Below are positions 8,793 to 18,044 of a stretch of 64,000 nt of DNA, in pieces. Numbering within the stretch: the stretch's first letter is position 1; every line of letters begins with the position of its first letter. The stretch comes from an uncultured Gammaproteobacteria bacterium. Lineage in GTDB: Bacteria; Patescibacteriota; Patescibacteriia; 2-12-FULL-60-25. The translations under genes were made by a program, and so were the position numbers. The notes under the pieces are model-generated. The model had not been told where the DNA came from, did not search any database, and saw only the letters and a program-made list of their open reading frames with translations. The DNA lies in assembly GCA_964598725.1 (NCBI GenBank), contig CAZRCW010000002.1, positions 226,282 through 290,281 on the forward strand. The letters are read 5' to 3'.

Positions 8793-11003
8793 TTAAAACG
8801 GGTCCGGAATATACATTGGCTCGTCGCTGTTAGTCGGTGGTTTCTTTTTAAACACTGTCGACGGTTTCTGCTTCCAAACTGACTTCGTTCCCAAACGTGG
8901 AGCGTAGTTCGGACGAATTGGCGTTTTCTGTTGGAAGACGGGCTGATCATCCCACGAAGCCTGCACCCCATTGTCCTCATTCCATTCCCAGGGTCGTTGC
9001 GGTCGATGCGCAAAACTTGGTCGACTCACCGTATCAATAATTTCCACCCGGTCAAACAAGCGTGGCGCGACTTCGTCGATGAATGTACTCACCTGGTTAA
9101 AGGCCAGCGCTTCGTAGCCCATTGTCATCGGATAACTCAGGACGAGATGACGACGCGCACGGGTAACCGCTACGTAAAACAAGCGACGCTCTTCTTCCAT
9201 TCCCCCTTCCTCCGTCATGGCGCGGCGATTCGGAAAGGCCGTATCCGCCAGATGAATGATAAACACCGAATCCCACTCAAGCCCCTTTGCTTGGTGAATG
9301 GTTGAAAGAATGACCCGTTCTTGATTCAAATCCACCGTCTCGCCTTTTCGTCCGCCCATGACTTCATCGTAGAGGGCGATGTCAGCCAGGAACTTGGAAA
9401 CCTCTTCGTAATTCTCTGCGAAGCGTGCGAGCTGTTCCAAATCTTCCAAGCGCTCCTTCCAGTTCGGGTACTCGCGTTCGAGCAAGGTACGATACGAAGA
9501 GTCGAGAACAGCGCGGATCATCCCCGAAGGAAGCGGGCTCCGAAGCACGATCGCTTCTCCGACCTCCATAAACTCCTGCCAGCCAACCCGACCACGACTC
9601 GCGAGCGCAGCCATCTCAGGCGCCTGAATCACTTCCGCTAGAGAACCAATGCGAACGGCACGTTTAGTGAGGTTCCCCGCCGTGGTTGCCCCAATACCCG
9701 TCTGCAAACCTAACACGCGAAACCAAGCGATCTCATCGACCGGATTGGCTGCCACACGTAGAAAAGCGATGACATCCTTTATATGGGCGCGCTCGAAGAA
9801 CTTCTGGCCACCTCGGTATTCATAGGGAATATCACGCTTCATCAACTCAAATTCCAACGCTTGAGAATGGGCACTCGAACGGAACAAAACCGCCATATTC
9901 TCAAGCGCCGTCCCGTCTGAGCGGAACTGAAGGATCTGTTCAGCGACGTAACGCGCCTCTTGAGCCGCAGAGGCGCACGGAACCAACTTCGGTTTTGGCC
10001 CTGGGTCACGCATCGCCACCAACTCTTTTTCAAACTGCTCAGTATTGTGGCTTAGCGATTCGTTCGCCAACTCTAAAATTTCCGGCACCGAACGATAGTT
10101 CGTGAGTAACTTAAAAATCCTTGCTTCAGGCCACTGTTTTGGGAACGATAATATATTCTTCACATCCGCTCCACGAAACGCATAAATCGACTGGGCGTCA
10201 TCCCCTACAACCAAGACATTTTGGTGCACAGCCGAAAAGCCCTTCACGATGCGCGCCTGGATGGTGTTCGTATCTTGATATTCATCTACCAAAACGTATT
10301 TGAACATCTGACTCAACCCTCGGCCAAGGGATGGATCCTCAAGAACCATCGCCATCAATGACAGGAGGTCATCGAAATCAAAGGCGTTCGAAGCCTTCTT
10401 ACGATCTTGATAGTTGATCGCGATCGTCGCGATATCTCCCGCGAACTGAATAAAGTGTGGATGCTTCGCTTTCAAAACATCCTCGATCGAGCGCTGCGTA
10501 TTCCGGGCATACGAAATAATGTTTTGGACAACCGATGGCGATGGAAAGCGCCGTGCCTTTGGATCGATCGACAGATCTTTCATGACCGCTTTCACCAAAT
10601 CATCGGCGTCATCTGCATCCAGGATCGTGAAGTTATTGGTATAACCAAGTGACTCTGCATAGGGGCGAAGTAAACGGCTCGCCACCGAGTGGAAGGTCCC
10701 GCCCCAGATCCGCGCCGCCTGCGGACCGACCAAGCCTCCCACGCGTTGTAACATCTCTTTGGCTGCCTTATTCGTGAAGGTCAGCAAGAGAATCGAGGAA
10801 GGATCGATGCCCTGCTCCAAAAGATAAGCCACTCGATACGTAATCGTGCGCGTCTTACCGGACCCGGCTCCAGCCAAAACCAAACAGGCGCCGTCACCAT
10901 GCAGAACAACGTCCAATTGCTCTTGGTTGAGCTCGCGTTGGTAGTCGATGCGGCCACTTGGAATCGCTCCTGCCGGGGTGGTTGAGAGAACAAAGGTAGA
11001 CAT
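8793..11003 (-). CDS. pcrA: ATP-dependent DNA helicase, UvrD/PcrA family
   Basis: Motifs present are LNQEQLDVV, Walker A AGAGSGKTRTITYR, VDEYQDTN, VGDDAQSIYAFRGA, TIHQAKGLEW and VAVTRAR. Confidence 0.9.
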   Translation of the reverse strand: MSTFVLSTTPAGAIPSGRIDYQRELNQEQLDVVLHGDGACLVLAGAGSGKTRTITYRVAYLLEQGIDPSSILLLTFTNKAAKEMLQRVGGLVGPQAARIWGGTFHSVASRLLRPYAESLGYTNNFTILDADDADDLVKAVMKDLSIDPKARRFPSPSVVQNIISYARNTQRSIEDVLKAKHPHFIQFAGDIATIAINYQDRKKASNAFDFDDLLSLMAMVLEDPSLGRGLSQMFKYVLVDEYQDTNTIQARIVKGFSAVHQNVLVVGDDAQSIYAFRGADVKNILSFPKQWPEARIFKLLTNYRSVPEILELANESLSHNTEQFEKELVAMRDPGPKPKLVPCASAAQEARYVAEQILQFRSDGTALENMAVLFRSSAHSQALEFELMKRDIPYEYRGGQKFFERAHIKDVIAFLRVAANPVDEIAWFRVLGLQTGIGATTAGNLTKRAVRIGSLAEVIQAPEMAALASRGRVGWQEFMEVGEAIVLRSPLPSGMIRAVLDSSYRTLLEREYPNWKERLEDLEQLARFAENYEEVSKFLADIALYDEVMGGRKGETVDLNQERVILSTIHQAKGLEWDSVFIIHLADTAFPNRRAMTEEGGMEEERRLFYVAVTRARRHLVLSYPMTMGYEALAFNQVSTFIDEVAPRLFDRVEIIDTVSRPSFAHRPQRPWEWNEDNGVQASWDDQPVFQQKTPIRPNYAPRLGTKSVWKQKPSTVFKKKPPTNSDEPMYIPDPF

Positions 11004-11116
11004 TGTCAGCAGAGTAGCGTTTTTGCATCCTGGACGAAAGAAGCTCGATTGTAAGGCTTGTAAATCTTCGCCTTTACAGAAAAAGTGCTTATTTTAAGCA
11101 AAATATGTTCCATTTC

Positions 11117-11145
11117 TTGACAGTTTTATTAAATTATGCCATACT
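11117..11145 (+). promoter_or_regulatory. Sigma70-like promoter TTGACA-17-CATACT with TGc extended -10
   Basis: It reads tcTTGACAgttttattaaattaTGcCATACTagg in an AT-rich stretch about 270 nt upstream of the lipoprotein ATG. Confidence 0.45.
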
Positions 11146-11416
11146 AGGGCGTTCTGAAAGTCGTAAACGAGCACTTCTGCCCGTCTGATTTTCTGGGAAC
11201 CAGAGCCGCGAAGCAATTCTTCAAGGCTTGAGAGTGAGGTCGCTCTTTCCCAACTCGACCTACCACACAACGTTTAATCACCTCGACGTCGCAACATACG
11301 TCCCGGTGTCAATGGATTTCGAGGCCGTCAGTCAAGGACGGTCTGCCTTCATCTCGTTCGGCCACGGTGGCCAGCGAGCGTCTTCTCCACGCCTTGAGTT
11401 CACGGAGAGTCATCCC

Positions 11417-12814
11417 ATGAAGCGTTTCGCCCTCAAGTCCCTCGTTCTCATTCTCTCGATCGTCGCTGGCAGCACCCTCACGGGCTGCAGCCAGCAGTCC
11501 GAGCGCTCCGCCGCCTTCGACCGCCGCATCGGCGCCCTCGAGGACGCGGGCCCCCGCGTCATCGCGGCGCCCACGCCGGCCCCCGCGCCCACGCCGGCCC
11601 CCGCGCCGGCCCCCGGCGCGGCGCTCACAGACGAGCAGTCGCGCAACTTGGCGACCCTGGCGTACTGCACGCCCGGGCTGCCCAACTACTGCACGGCCGA
11701 CTGCGACGGCGACGACATCGCCAACTGCGTCGACGCCTGCCCCGCGCAGAGCGAGGGCACGGAGGCGCTGATGAAGGACGCGCGCTACGCCCGGCGCGGC
11801 TGCCTCGACACCGACGGCGACCACGACGGCGTGGGTGACACCCAGGACATCTGCCCCACCATCAAGCGGGGAGACCACGAGGACCTGGCGCGGCGCGGCT
11901 GCCCGAGCCCCGACAGCGACAACGACGGCGTGTTCGACAACAACGACGAGTGCCGGCTCATCCCGGTCCACTCGCCCGCCACGCCGACCGCCCCCGCGGC
12001 CGACGCCCAGCACGCCGGGTGCCCCGTCGACGCGGTCCGCGACCCGGACAGCGACGGCGACGGCGTCCGCGACGAGCGCGACGAGTGCCCGCACGAGGTC
12101 GCCGGCGACGATCCCCACCCCGCGCGGCTCGGCTGCCCCGACGTCGACACCGACCACGACGGCCGGCCCGACCGCTGGGACGGCTGCCCGCGCATCCCGG
12201 TCTGGTCGAACCTCACGCAGGGCGCGCCCGACGCGGGCGACTACCCCGGGTGCCCCGAGGGCATGACCCCGACCAACGACGCGCCGCCCGCCATCGCGGA
12301 TGCCGGCACGCCGACCCCCACCCCGACGACGGCCGACGCCGGCAACGCGCCCAACGCGCAGCCCGCCAGCGTCGCGGTGGTCCCGACCCCCGTCGCACCG
12401 CCCGCCCCGGCACCCGCGCCCACGACGACCACCCGGTCGATCGACGGCGCGGACCTGGTGACCGAGCTCACCCGGCTCATGCGCCTCAACGGCGGCGGTG
12501 ACGTCGCTGCGCAGGCCTTCTGCGAGGAGGCGATCGCCAGCGACATCGCGGCGCACAACCCCAACGACGAGTGCCCGGCGGGCGCCCTCTACTGCTTCCG
12601 ACCGGTGACGGCGGGGCGGCAGGTGGCGAACTGCACCGGCACGAGCGTGGACCTCGCGGGCTGCACCCTCGAGGGCAACGGCCACGTCCGCAACGTCTGC
12701 GTCCCCAACACGGGCGTCCAGATCCGCTGCGGCGCGTCGATCCTGACGTGCGACGTGCCGACGCTCGCCGGCGCCATCGCGGCCCGGCCGCGCTCGCGCC
12801 GCCACCACCGCTGA
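11417..12814 (+). CDS. GC-rich lipoprotein with thrombospondin type-3-like calcium-binding repeats and a Cys-rich C-terminal domain
   Basis: GGAGAG lies 8 nt before the ATG at 11417. The signal peptide plus lipobox is MKRFALKSLVLILSIVAGSTLTGC, followed by a PAPAPT linker. The repeats are DTDGDHDGVGDTQDICP, DSDNDGVFDNNDECR, DPDSDGDGVRDERDECP and DVDTDHDGRPDRWDGCP. GC3 is close to saturation. Confidence 0.8.
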   Translation: MKRFALKSLVLILSIVAGSTLTGCSQQSERSAAFDRRIGALEDAGPRVIAAPTPAPAPTPAPAPAPGAALTDEQSRNLATLAYCTPGLPNYCTADCDGDDIANCVDACPAQSEGTEALMKDARYARRGCLDTDGDHDGVGDTQDICPTIKRGDHEDLARRGCPSPDSDNDGVFDNNDECRLIPVHSPATPTAPAADAQHAGCPVDAVRDPDSDGDGVRDERDECPHEVAGDDPHPARLGCPDVDTDHDGRPDRWDGCPRIPVWSNLTQGAPDAGDYPGCPEGMTPTNDAPPAIADAGTPTPTPTTADAGNAPNAQPASVAVVPTPVAPPAPAPAPTTTTRSIDGADLVTELTRLMRLNGGGDVAAQAFCEEAIASDIAAHNPNDECPAGALYCFRPVTAGRQVANCTGTSVDLAGCTLEGNGHVRNVCVPNTGVQIRCGASILTCDVPTLAGAIAARPRSRRHHR

Positions 12815-12877
12815 CGAAGCGGCGGTTCTCCCCCAAAGCGTTTGGGAGCGACGTCTGACGGCTCCCCCTCTCACACT

Positions 12878-12928
12878 TCACAAGTGATCGATGGGGGATG
12901 CCAGTCAACTCCCCCATCTCTTGTGTGA
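12878..12928 (+). terminator. GC-rich hairpin after the TSP3 lipoprotein gene (no clear U tract)
   Basis: The sequence is tcacaagtgatcGATGGGGGAtgccagtcaacTCCCCCATCtcttgtgtga. Confidence 0.45.
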
Positions 12929-12962
12929 TAGGTCACCTTCCCCGAAGTATCACTTCGGCCTA

Positions 12963-13017
12963 CGCCCGACGGTTCCCCGCTTAATAGCGGACTTGAACCT
13001 CGGGCGTTTGTCGTTTT
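12963..13017 (+). terminator. Second hairpin, with U-rich tail
   Basis: CGCCCGA...(inner ccgcttaatagcgg)...TCGGGCG is followed by tttgtcgtttta. Confidence 0.5.
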
Positions 13018-13054
13018 ATACGCAGAACAAGATGAGCAATTTTCTTTTAAAACA

Positions 13055-13082
13055 TTGACTTTTTGCTAATTATCCGTAGAAT
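13055..13082 (+). promoter_or_regulatory. Sigma70-like promoter TTGACT-16-TAGAAT
   Basis: It reads aacaTTGACTttttgctaattatccgTAGAATaat in a short AT-rich gap between two GC-rich ORFs. AGAAGAGG is the SD before the ATG at 13177. Confidence 0.55.
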
Positions 13083-13176
13083 AATAAAAGGCTCGTGATG
13101 CGTTCTGATGTAAAAGATCAGACGTGAACACAGCTAGAGTTCTACAACCCGAGCAAGAGAAAGAAGAGGTGCGTCC

Positions 13177-14553
13177 ATGACGGATGCGACTGAGAAACCT
13201 GCAGGACAAACCCCCGATCCCGACAGTGACGAAGCGTGGGGCTTCGACAACACCCCGCCACCGGACGTGGCGGCGGCACACCCGCCGCTCGGATCAGCGC
13301 CGCTGAACACAACTGGTCTACGACCGATATCGGCCGGGATCGCCGCCGCTCTCGAGCAGTGTGGTCCGCCGGTAGCAGTAGTACCCGCCACCCTCCCCCC
13401 GAGGGAATCGCAGCTGCTCATGAACGAAGAGCCGCTTCGTCGTCAGACGATAGAGGGTCTCGGCATGGAGCAGCCTGGAGCACCTGAGCGCCTCGATACG
13501 GTCCCCGCAGGGGGAACGGTATCGATCAACGGCGAACCAGGGAATGCGCTCCTGACGATTCGACCTACGGAGTTGGTGCCCGGCACTCAGCTGGGCTACC
13601 AAGAGTTCGCAGCAGCAGCCTCCCAACCTACTGCTGAAGGTAATCAGGAAGTAGACCTGACAGCCGTAACCCTGCCCCTGTCTCCCCGGGTACCGAGCCT
13701 CGACCACCGGACGGCCTACCGGCCGCCTCCGATGCCACGGGCTCTTGCGGGAGATGACACAGATCATGAAGTGGACCTGAGCCGACTGGTCGCGATGGTT
13801 CCCAGAGGCGTCATCCGCGATCACACGGCTCAGGAGCCACCGAGGGTCGCCGATACTCCTTCGCCCGAGCTCACACCGCCGCCCTCGGTCGAGCTCTTCC
13901 CAGAGCTCGCTGCCGCAAGCGGCGACATGTTCGACATCCCTGGAGCGAGCGCGACCAATGATCGATCATCGGCGACACCCGTAGACGCCGCCGCAGGCAA
14001 CTTCTTCCTGGATGATCTGGATCGAGGCCAGGCGGACCTACCTGAACAAGGCTTCCATGAGAGCGGATCATCACCCATCAATCCCGATGGATCGAAGCCG
14101 CCTACTGGCGACGACGAGCTTCTAGCAGAAGTGGGCGACCTCGCCTTCGCTCTCGCCTACCTCACCCTCTCCTCTCGGCTACCGACGGCTGGCCCACCCC
14201 CAGCTGCCACCGATGACGGACCGAGTCGAGCTCCGACACCTGCACCGCCCGTCGAGGAGCCGCTTCCATCGGTACTACCCCCTGAGCCGCCCACGTACGC
14301 AACTCAGGTGAGCGTTCCACCGCTCGCAAACTTCGTGGTCGATCCACCGACCAATGAGGAGACCGTCACCGCGCAGCGCGACGTTCCCACCCTCATCCTG
14401 CCCAGCCCGCCTCACCCCTGGTGGCGCTTCCGCTGGACTCATCGAGGCTGGTGGACCATCCGCAAGATGATGGTCGCCGTGATGATCACGGGCTTCATCA
14501 GCCTGGCGGTCGTCCTGATCCAGCGCTACCTCGAGTGGTACTACGGGGTCTAG
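13177..14553 (+). CDS. Pro-rich, largely low-complexity protein with a single C-terminal transmembrane anchor (tail-anchored topology)
   Basis: 458 aa with a good SD. The body has no recognisable domain and is rich in P/A/E/D. The C-terminus is PHPWWRFRWTHRGWWTIRKMMVAVMITGFISLAVVLIQRYLEWYYGV. Confidence 0.65.
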   Translation: MTDATEKPAGQTPDPDSDEAWGFDNTPPPDVAAAHPPLGSAPLNTTGLRPISAGIAAALEQCGPPVAVVPATLPPRESQLLMNEEPLRRQTIEGLGMEQPGAPERLDTVPAGGTVSINGEPGNALLTIRPTELVPGTQLGYQEFAAAASQPTAEGNQEVDLTAVTLPLSPRVPSLDHRTAYRPPPMPRALAGDDTDHEVDLSRLVAMVPRGVIRDHTAQEPPRVADTPSPELTPPPSVELFPELAAASGDMFDIPGASATNDRSSATPVDAAAGNFFLDDLDRGQADLPEQGFHESGSSPINPDGSKPPTGDDELLAEVGDLAFALAYLTLSSRLPTAGPPPAATDDGPSRAPTPAPPVEEPLPSVLPPEPPTYATQVSVPPLANFVVDPPTNEETVTAQRDVPTLILPSPPHPWWRFRWTHRGWWTIRKMMVAVMITGFISLAVVLIQRYLEWYYGV

Positions 14554-14614
14554 CCAACCCCATCCCTCCCCGTTCCCCGCTCCACGGAAGAGCGTCGAAC
14601 GTCTCCCTCCCCCA

Positions 14615-14663
14615 TCTCTCCCCAGCTTCCGTCCAAACCGGCTGGGGAGAGATTCTGATTTTA
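14615..14663 (+). terminator. Rho-independent terminator
   Basis: The sequence is TCTCTCCCCAGC-ttccgtccaaacc-GCTGGGGAGAGA-ttctgatttta. Confidence 0.75.
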
Positions 14664-14667
14664 TGGC

Positions 14668-14696
14668 TTGCTGAATGACTCCGAAGTTGGTAGATT
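14668..14696 (+). promoter_or_regulatory. Candidate tRNA-Pro promoter TTGCTG-17-TAGATT
   Basis: The spacing was counted by hand. It lies about 60 nt upstream of the tRNA 5' end and has the same TTGCTG -35 as the tRNA-Ala candidate promoter. Confidence 0.35.
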
Positions 14697-14758
14697 TTTG
14701 ACGGTTTATCAATAGATTGAGTTGTGCCTCGAGGTACCGAAGCAATGAACTATCGCGT

Positions 14759-14831
<73 letters not shown>

Positions 14832-14876
14832 CATGGTAGTTCATCGTAGATAATCGCACATTTTTCTTTACATCCT

Positions 14877-15803
14877 ATGCGCTCACGTGAAGCCGTTCCT
14901 TCTCTCGCCAGCAAAACGCCGGATCGACGTTTATTAAGCGCCGCCTCGTTCGCCTTCTTATTCGCTCCGAGTATTACCGGCTGCGAAGCGGTGCATCACG
15001 CCATGCCGGGCTCACCAGAACGTCCACGGTCCGAAATCACACGCATCCAGCAAGAGGGTATGCCCCGAACGATGGAACGGGTTTTGGCGTTGGCCGTTCC
15101 AACTCCGGCCGAGCAAACGAGACATCCCGCGTTTGAATTCTCAACGCTGCGTATCAATGGCGACTGGGAAAATATCAGCAGTCCCGCCCATAGCATGATG
15201 CAGGCATTCGAAGGCACCTATCCGGTCGTCGCAATGAACAAAAAGCCACTGCAGACCGATCACATCGTGACCCGTGGAAACCAAGAAACGAATGATCAGC
15301 TCGTCCTCCATACGGTTGAACTAAGCTATCGAGCCACACGCACCGTGGTACGGAACGTGCACGAACCACGAGGCACCTCCGCCGCACGAACTCAAGCGGT
15401 TGGGCAACAAGTGTTAGCTCGACCGGTGGGCGAGCGACTTCCGGGTCGAGGCCCTGGGCCGGAACTGCAAGAACGACACTGGACAGCCGTTACCTATGGC
15501 GCCGCGCTTGGTGAAATCTTGTATCAAATGGGACACCCAACCGATACCGGCGCCGTCGATGCGCACATGCATGCCGATCAGGCACGAAGCATTCGGAACC
15601 ATCAACGCTTTCAAGGAGAGATTTGTGGACCCGTGACCGGTATCGATAACACGATTTACTGCACTCGAGTCGTGAACCAGCCAACGGTACGCGTGGTGAT
15701 CGATGATATTCGACAGGAGATAGACCCAAGCGGCTTAGTCCGCGTCAGTGTGCTCTATCATGGCCTCACCCAGGTTAGCGAGCCTCCCAAACCTGATAGG
15801 TAG
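14877..15803 (+). CDS. Hypothetical lipoprotein
   Basis: 308 aa. Signal plus lipobox is LLSAASFAFLFAPSITGC. I recognise no domain. The 3' end overlaps the convergent methyltransferase gene by 29 nt. Confidence 0.55.
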   Translation: MRSREAVPSLASKTPDRRLLSAASFAFLFAPSITGCEAVHHAMPGSPERPRSEITRIQQEGMPRTMERVLALAVPTPAEQTRHPAFEFSTLRINGDWENISSPAHSMMQAFEGTYPVVAMNKKPLQTDHIVTRGNQETNDQLVLHTVELSYRATRTVVRNVHEPRGTSAARTQAVGQQVLARPVGERLPGRGPGPELQERHWTAVTYGAALGEILYQMGHPTDTGAVDAHMHADQARSIRNHQRFQGEICGPVTGIDNTIYCTRVVNQPTVRVVIDDIRQEIDPSGLVRVSVLYHGLTQVSEPPKPDR

Positions 15804-16767
15804 TATCTTCCGCGATTAAAGAGGATCGCAAGCCTGCACGATCAAAATACTTCTTGACCGGAATCGTGCCCTGAACCACAAGTGTCACCAAACCACTTAC
15901 TGCCAAGTGGGTTTTGGCTTTTGAAATGAAGTATTCCAACGTCTGCGTCGTCAGGATCGCCCCTTGATGCACCGGTGGATTGCTGATGATCAGATCGTAT
16001 TTCGCGTCGGCTGGAAGCGCGTTCCAACTATCACCCCAAAGCGCGTTTATCCCCGGGACGTTGCGCTTAGTTGATTCGACGGAAAAGGCGTTCACATCAA
16101 CCGCGTCGATCGAAACAGTTGCAGTTTTTTGCTGAACAGCCAATGCCAGAATCCCTGTTCCCGAGCCCATATCAAGCACCTTGGCGTTCGCTTGAACTTC
16201 TGGAAGATGATTCAAAAGTAAGCGTGTTCCTTCATCCAACTGACCGTGGGCGAACATCCCAGGATAAGAAACGAGGCTGCGCTCTTTCCCCGCCCAATTC
16301 GCGGTAAACGTCTTTTCCCAAGCGTTGAGCGTTGGACGAATCCCTTGTCGTTCTTCGGTACGTACGGCTTTGATAACACGCTCTCGATGTTTGTAGATCA
16401 CCACCTCTGCGTCTTCAAACCAAGGAGCAAAATGATCTTGAATCGATTTGATCCCTTGATGATTCGCTCCGTACACCAAAATGCGTCCGTTCGGCGCTAA
16501 GCGATCAGCAGCGACTTCGACGCTCAGCGTAGTGAGATCGCGGCTCACGGGAAGGTGTAGAATCACCGCATCGAATGAGCCTATCGGCGGCCAGGTAACC
16601 ACTTCACGCCCGGACCAAATCCAGCTCCACTCGATCACTTCACAGCCGCGCGTACGTAACGTCTCCCCAACCAGAGCGGATACGGGGTCGATCAACAGAA
16701 CTCGGCCCGTGACGGGCTCAAGCTCGAGTCCTAACAGTAAGATGTCCCCCGGGTCGGTGAATTCCAT
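15775..16767 (-). CDS. RsmC/RlmG-like rRNA (guanine-N2) methyltransferase (MTS domain)
   Basis: VLDMGSGTGILALAV is SAM motif I, and DLIISNPPVHQG is the N-methyltransferase NPPxH motif. 330 aa with a two-domain layout. Confidence 0.75.
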   Translation of the reverse strand: MEFTDPGDILLLGLELEPVTGRVLLIDPVSALVGETLRTRGCEVIEWSWIWSGREVVTWPPIGSFDAVILHLPVSRDLTTLSVEVAADRLAPNGRILVYGANHQGIKSIQDHFAPWFEDAEVVIYKHRERVIKAVRTEERQGIRPTLNAWEKTFTANWAGKERSLVSYPGMFAHGQLDEGTRLLLNHLPEVQANAKVLDMGSGTGILALAVQQKTATVSIDAVDVNAFSVESTKRNVPGINALWGDSWNALPADAKYDLIISNPPVHQGAILTTQTLEYFISKAKTHLAVSGLVTLVVQGTIPVKKYFDRAGLRSSLIAEDTTYQVWEAR

Positions 16768-16770
16768 AGA

Positions 16771-18030
16771 TTAGTGGGTATGGGTATGACCATGTCCGCC
16801 ATGACTGCCGCCGCTTGTAACCTGCAGCACCTCTTCTTGGGTCATATTCCGTTTCTGGAAGACCCAGGCGGTCAACAAGGCGGTGATTGGAACGGTGAAG
16901 ACCAGACCAATCGTACCGGACAAAGAACGAATGACCTCATCAACCACACTGTCAAAGTTCACGAATTTCAACCAGGAGCCACCGAACTGGGTGTACAACA
17001 ACAACGTTGAAAGCGAGCCCCCGACGTAGGCATAAACGAGGGTGTTCGCGAGCGCACTCATATGATCGTTCCCGATCGTCATGCCCGCCTTGAAGAGCTG
17101 TCGGAATCCCAAGCGTGGATTCGCGCGTTTTACTTCGGCGATGCCAGAGGCGATCGAAACGGCGACGTCCTCGACCACACCGGCTGAAGCGATAATGATT
17201 CCAGCAAACAACAAACCCCGTGGATTTAAATTCGGATTCTTATCGAAAAACAACCGATCCTCTTCCGTCGACAACCCGTTCAAGTGCGCCCAATCAGCGA
17301 AAATCCACGAGATAAGATAGGCCATGAGCGCTCCACCCATCGTGCCGATCGCTGTCACGTAGGTCTTGCGATTCCAACCGATACTTAAACCGCCTGATAC
17401 CAACGTGAAGATTCCACTCAAAATGATCGCCACCGGAATCGGATTCACTCCACGCAAGAAGGCCGGGATGAGCACATATCCGATCAAAGCGATCGATACC
17501 AAAATCGAAACAGCGACCTTCAAACCCTGCCAACCCGCCAAGAGCACGAGCGCTGCCACAAACAGGATAACCAACCAAATGATCGCCGAGCGACGATCAT
17601 AGCCCTCGATGTAAAAACTCTGCCCAGCATCCGCTGATGATTGAATGAACACGACCACCTTATCGCCCAAACGAGGCTGGACACCGTAGGGGTTCGAGCC
17701 GACACTATTCACAATGTCGCGGGTCTGCCCATCAAGTGGTCCTGACAAGAACCGAACGGTATAGGCTTCGACCTGCTGTCCACCATTCGCGGTCTGCTCT
17801 TCTTTACGTTTTACTTGCTCGATGATGGCACGTTCGTACGAACCGTCGCTGCCGCCCTCCCCCGTCTCAACGGTGGCGGGCGTGTTGGTGGTGGCCACAA
17901 TCGTCGGCGTACTCGTTGTGGCAACGATATCAGGCACCGTTCCAGTCGTGGACTGCGCCTGAACCAATCCAGCGCTCATTAAGAGAACGCCGGCCATCGC
18001 TCCAAACAACGATAAGAGAAAACGCTTCAT
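16771..18030 (-). CDS. YibE/F family membrane protein with signal peptide and His-rich C-terminal tail
   Basis: The start is MKRFLLSLFGAMAGVLLMSAGLVQA at 18030. There is a soluble N-domain, then multiple TM helices typical of YibE/F. It ends in GGSHGGHGHTHTH. Confidence 0.7.
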   Translation of the reverse strand: MKRFLLSLFGAMAGVLLMSAGLVQAQSTTGTVPDIVATTSTPTIVATTNTPATVETGEGGSDGSYERAIIEQVKRKEEQTANGGQQVEAYTVRFLSGPLDGQTRDIVNSVGSNPYGVQPRLGDKVVVFIQSSADAGQSFYIEGYDRRSAIIWLVILFVAALVLLAGWQGLKVAVSILVSIALIGYVLIPAFLRGVNPIPVAIILSGIFTLVSGGLSIGWNRKTYVTAIGTMGGALMAYLISWIFADWAHLNGLSTEEDRLFFDKNPNLNPRGLLFAGIIIASAGVVEDVAVSIASGIAEVKRANPRLGFRQLFKAGMTIGNDHMSALANTLVYAYVGGSLSTLLLYTQFGGSWLKFVNFDSVVDEVIRSLSGTIGLVFTVPITALLTAWVFQKRNMTQEEVLQVTSGGSHGGHGHTHTH

Positions 18031-18044
18031 AGGTACGATCAAGC

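Noticed and set aside
11146-11416. Calling the long leader of the TSP3 lipoprotein gene a riboswitch or known sRNA
   Set aside because: I could not recognise any conserved riboswitch core (no B12 box, GEMM, TPP or SAM signatures), nor tmRNA, SRP or 6S features. It is left as an unexplained leader.
11309-12874. A 521-aa minus-strand ORF, plus several other long ORFs in all frames across 11228-12917 (for example 11950..12501, 12486..12917)
   Set aside because: This is the typical shadow-ORF artefact of very GC-rich DNA, where stop codons are rare. The products are Arg/Gly/Ala-rich nonsense. The plus-strand frame 11417..12814 has an SD, a lipobox, recognisable TSP3 repeats and near-saturated GC3.
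12909-14618. The shared 13-mer CTCCCCCATCTCT in the two island-2 hairpin regions (about 12909 and 14606)
   Set aside because: Tens of 13-mer coincidences are expected by chance in 64 kb, roughly N^2/2 divided by 4^13. The flanking sequence does not align.
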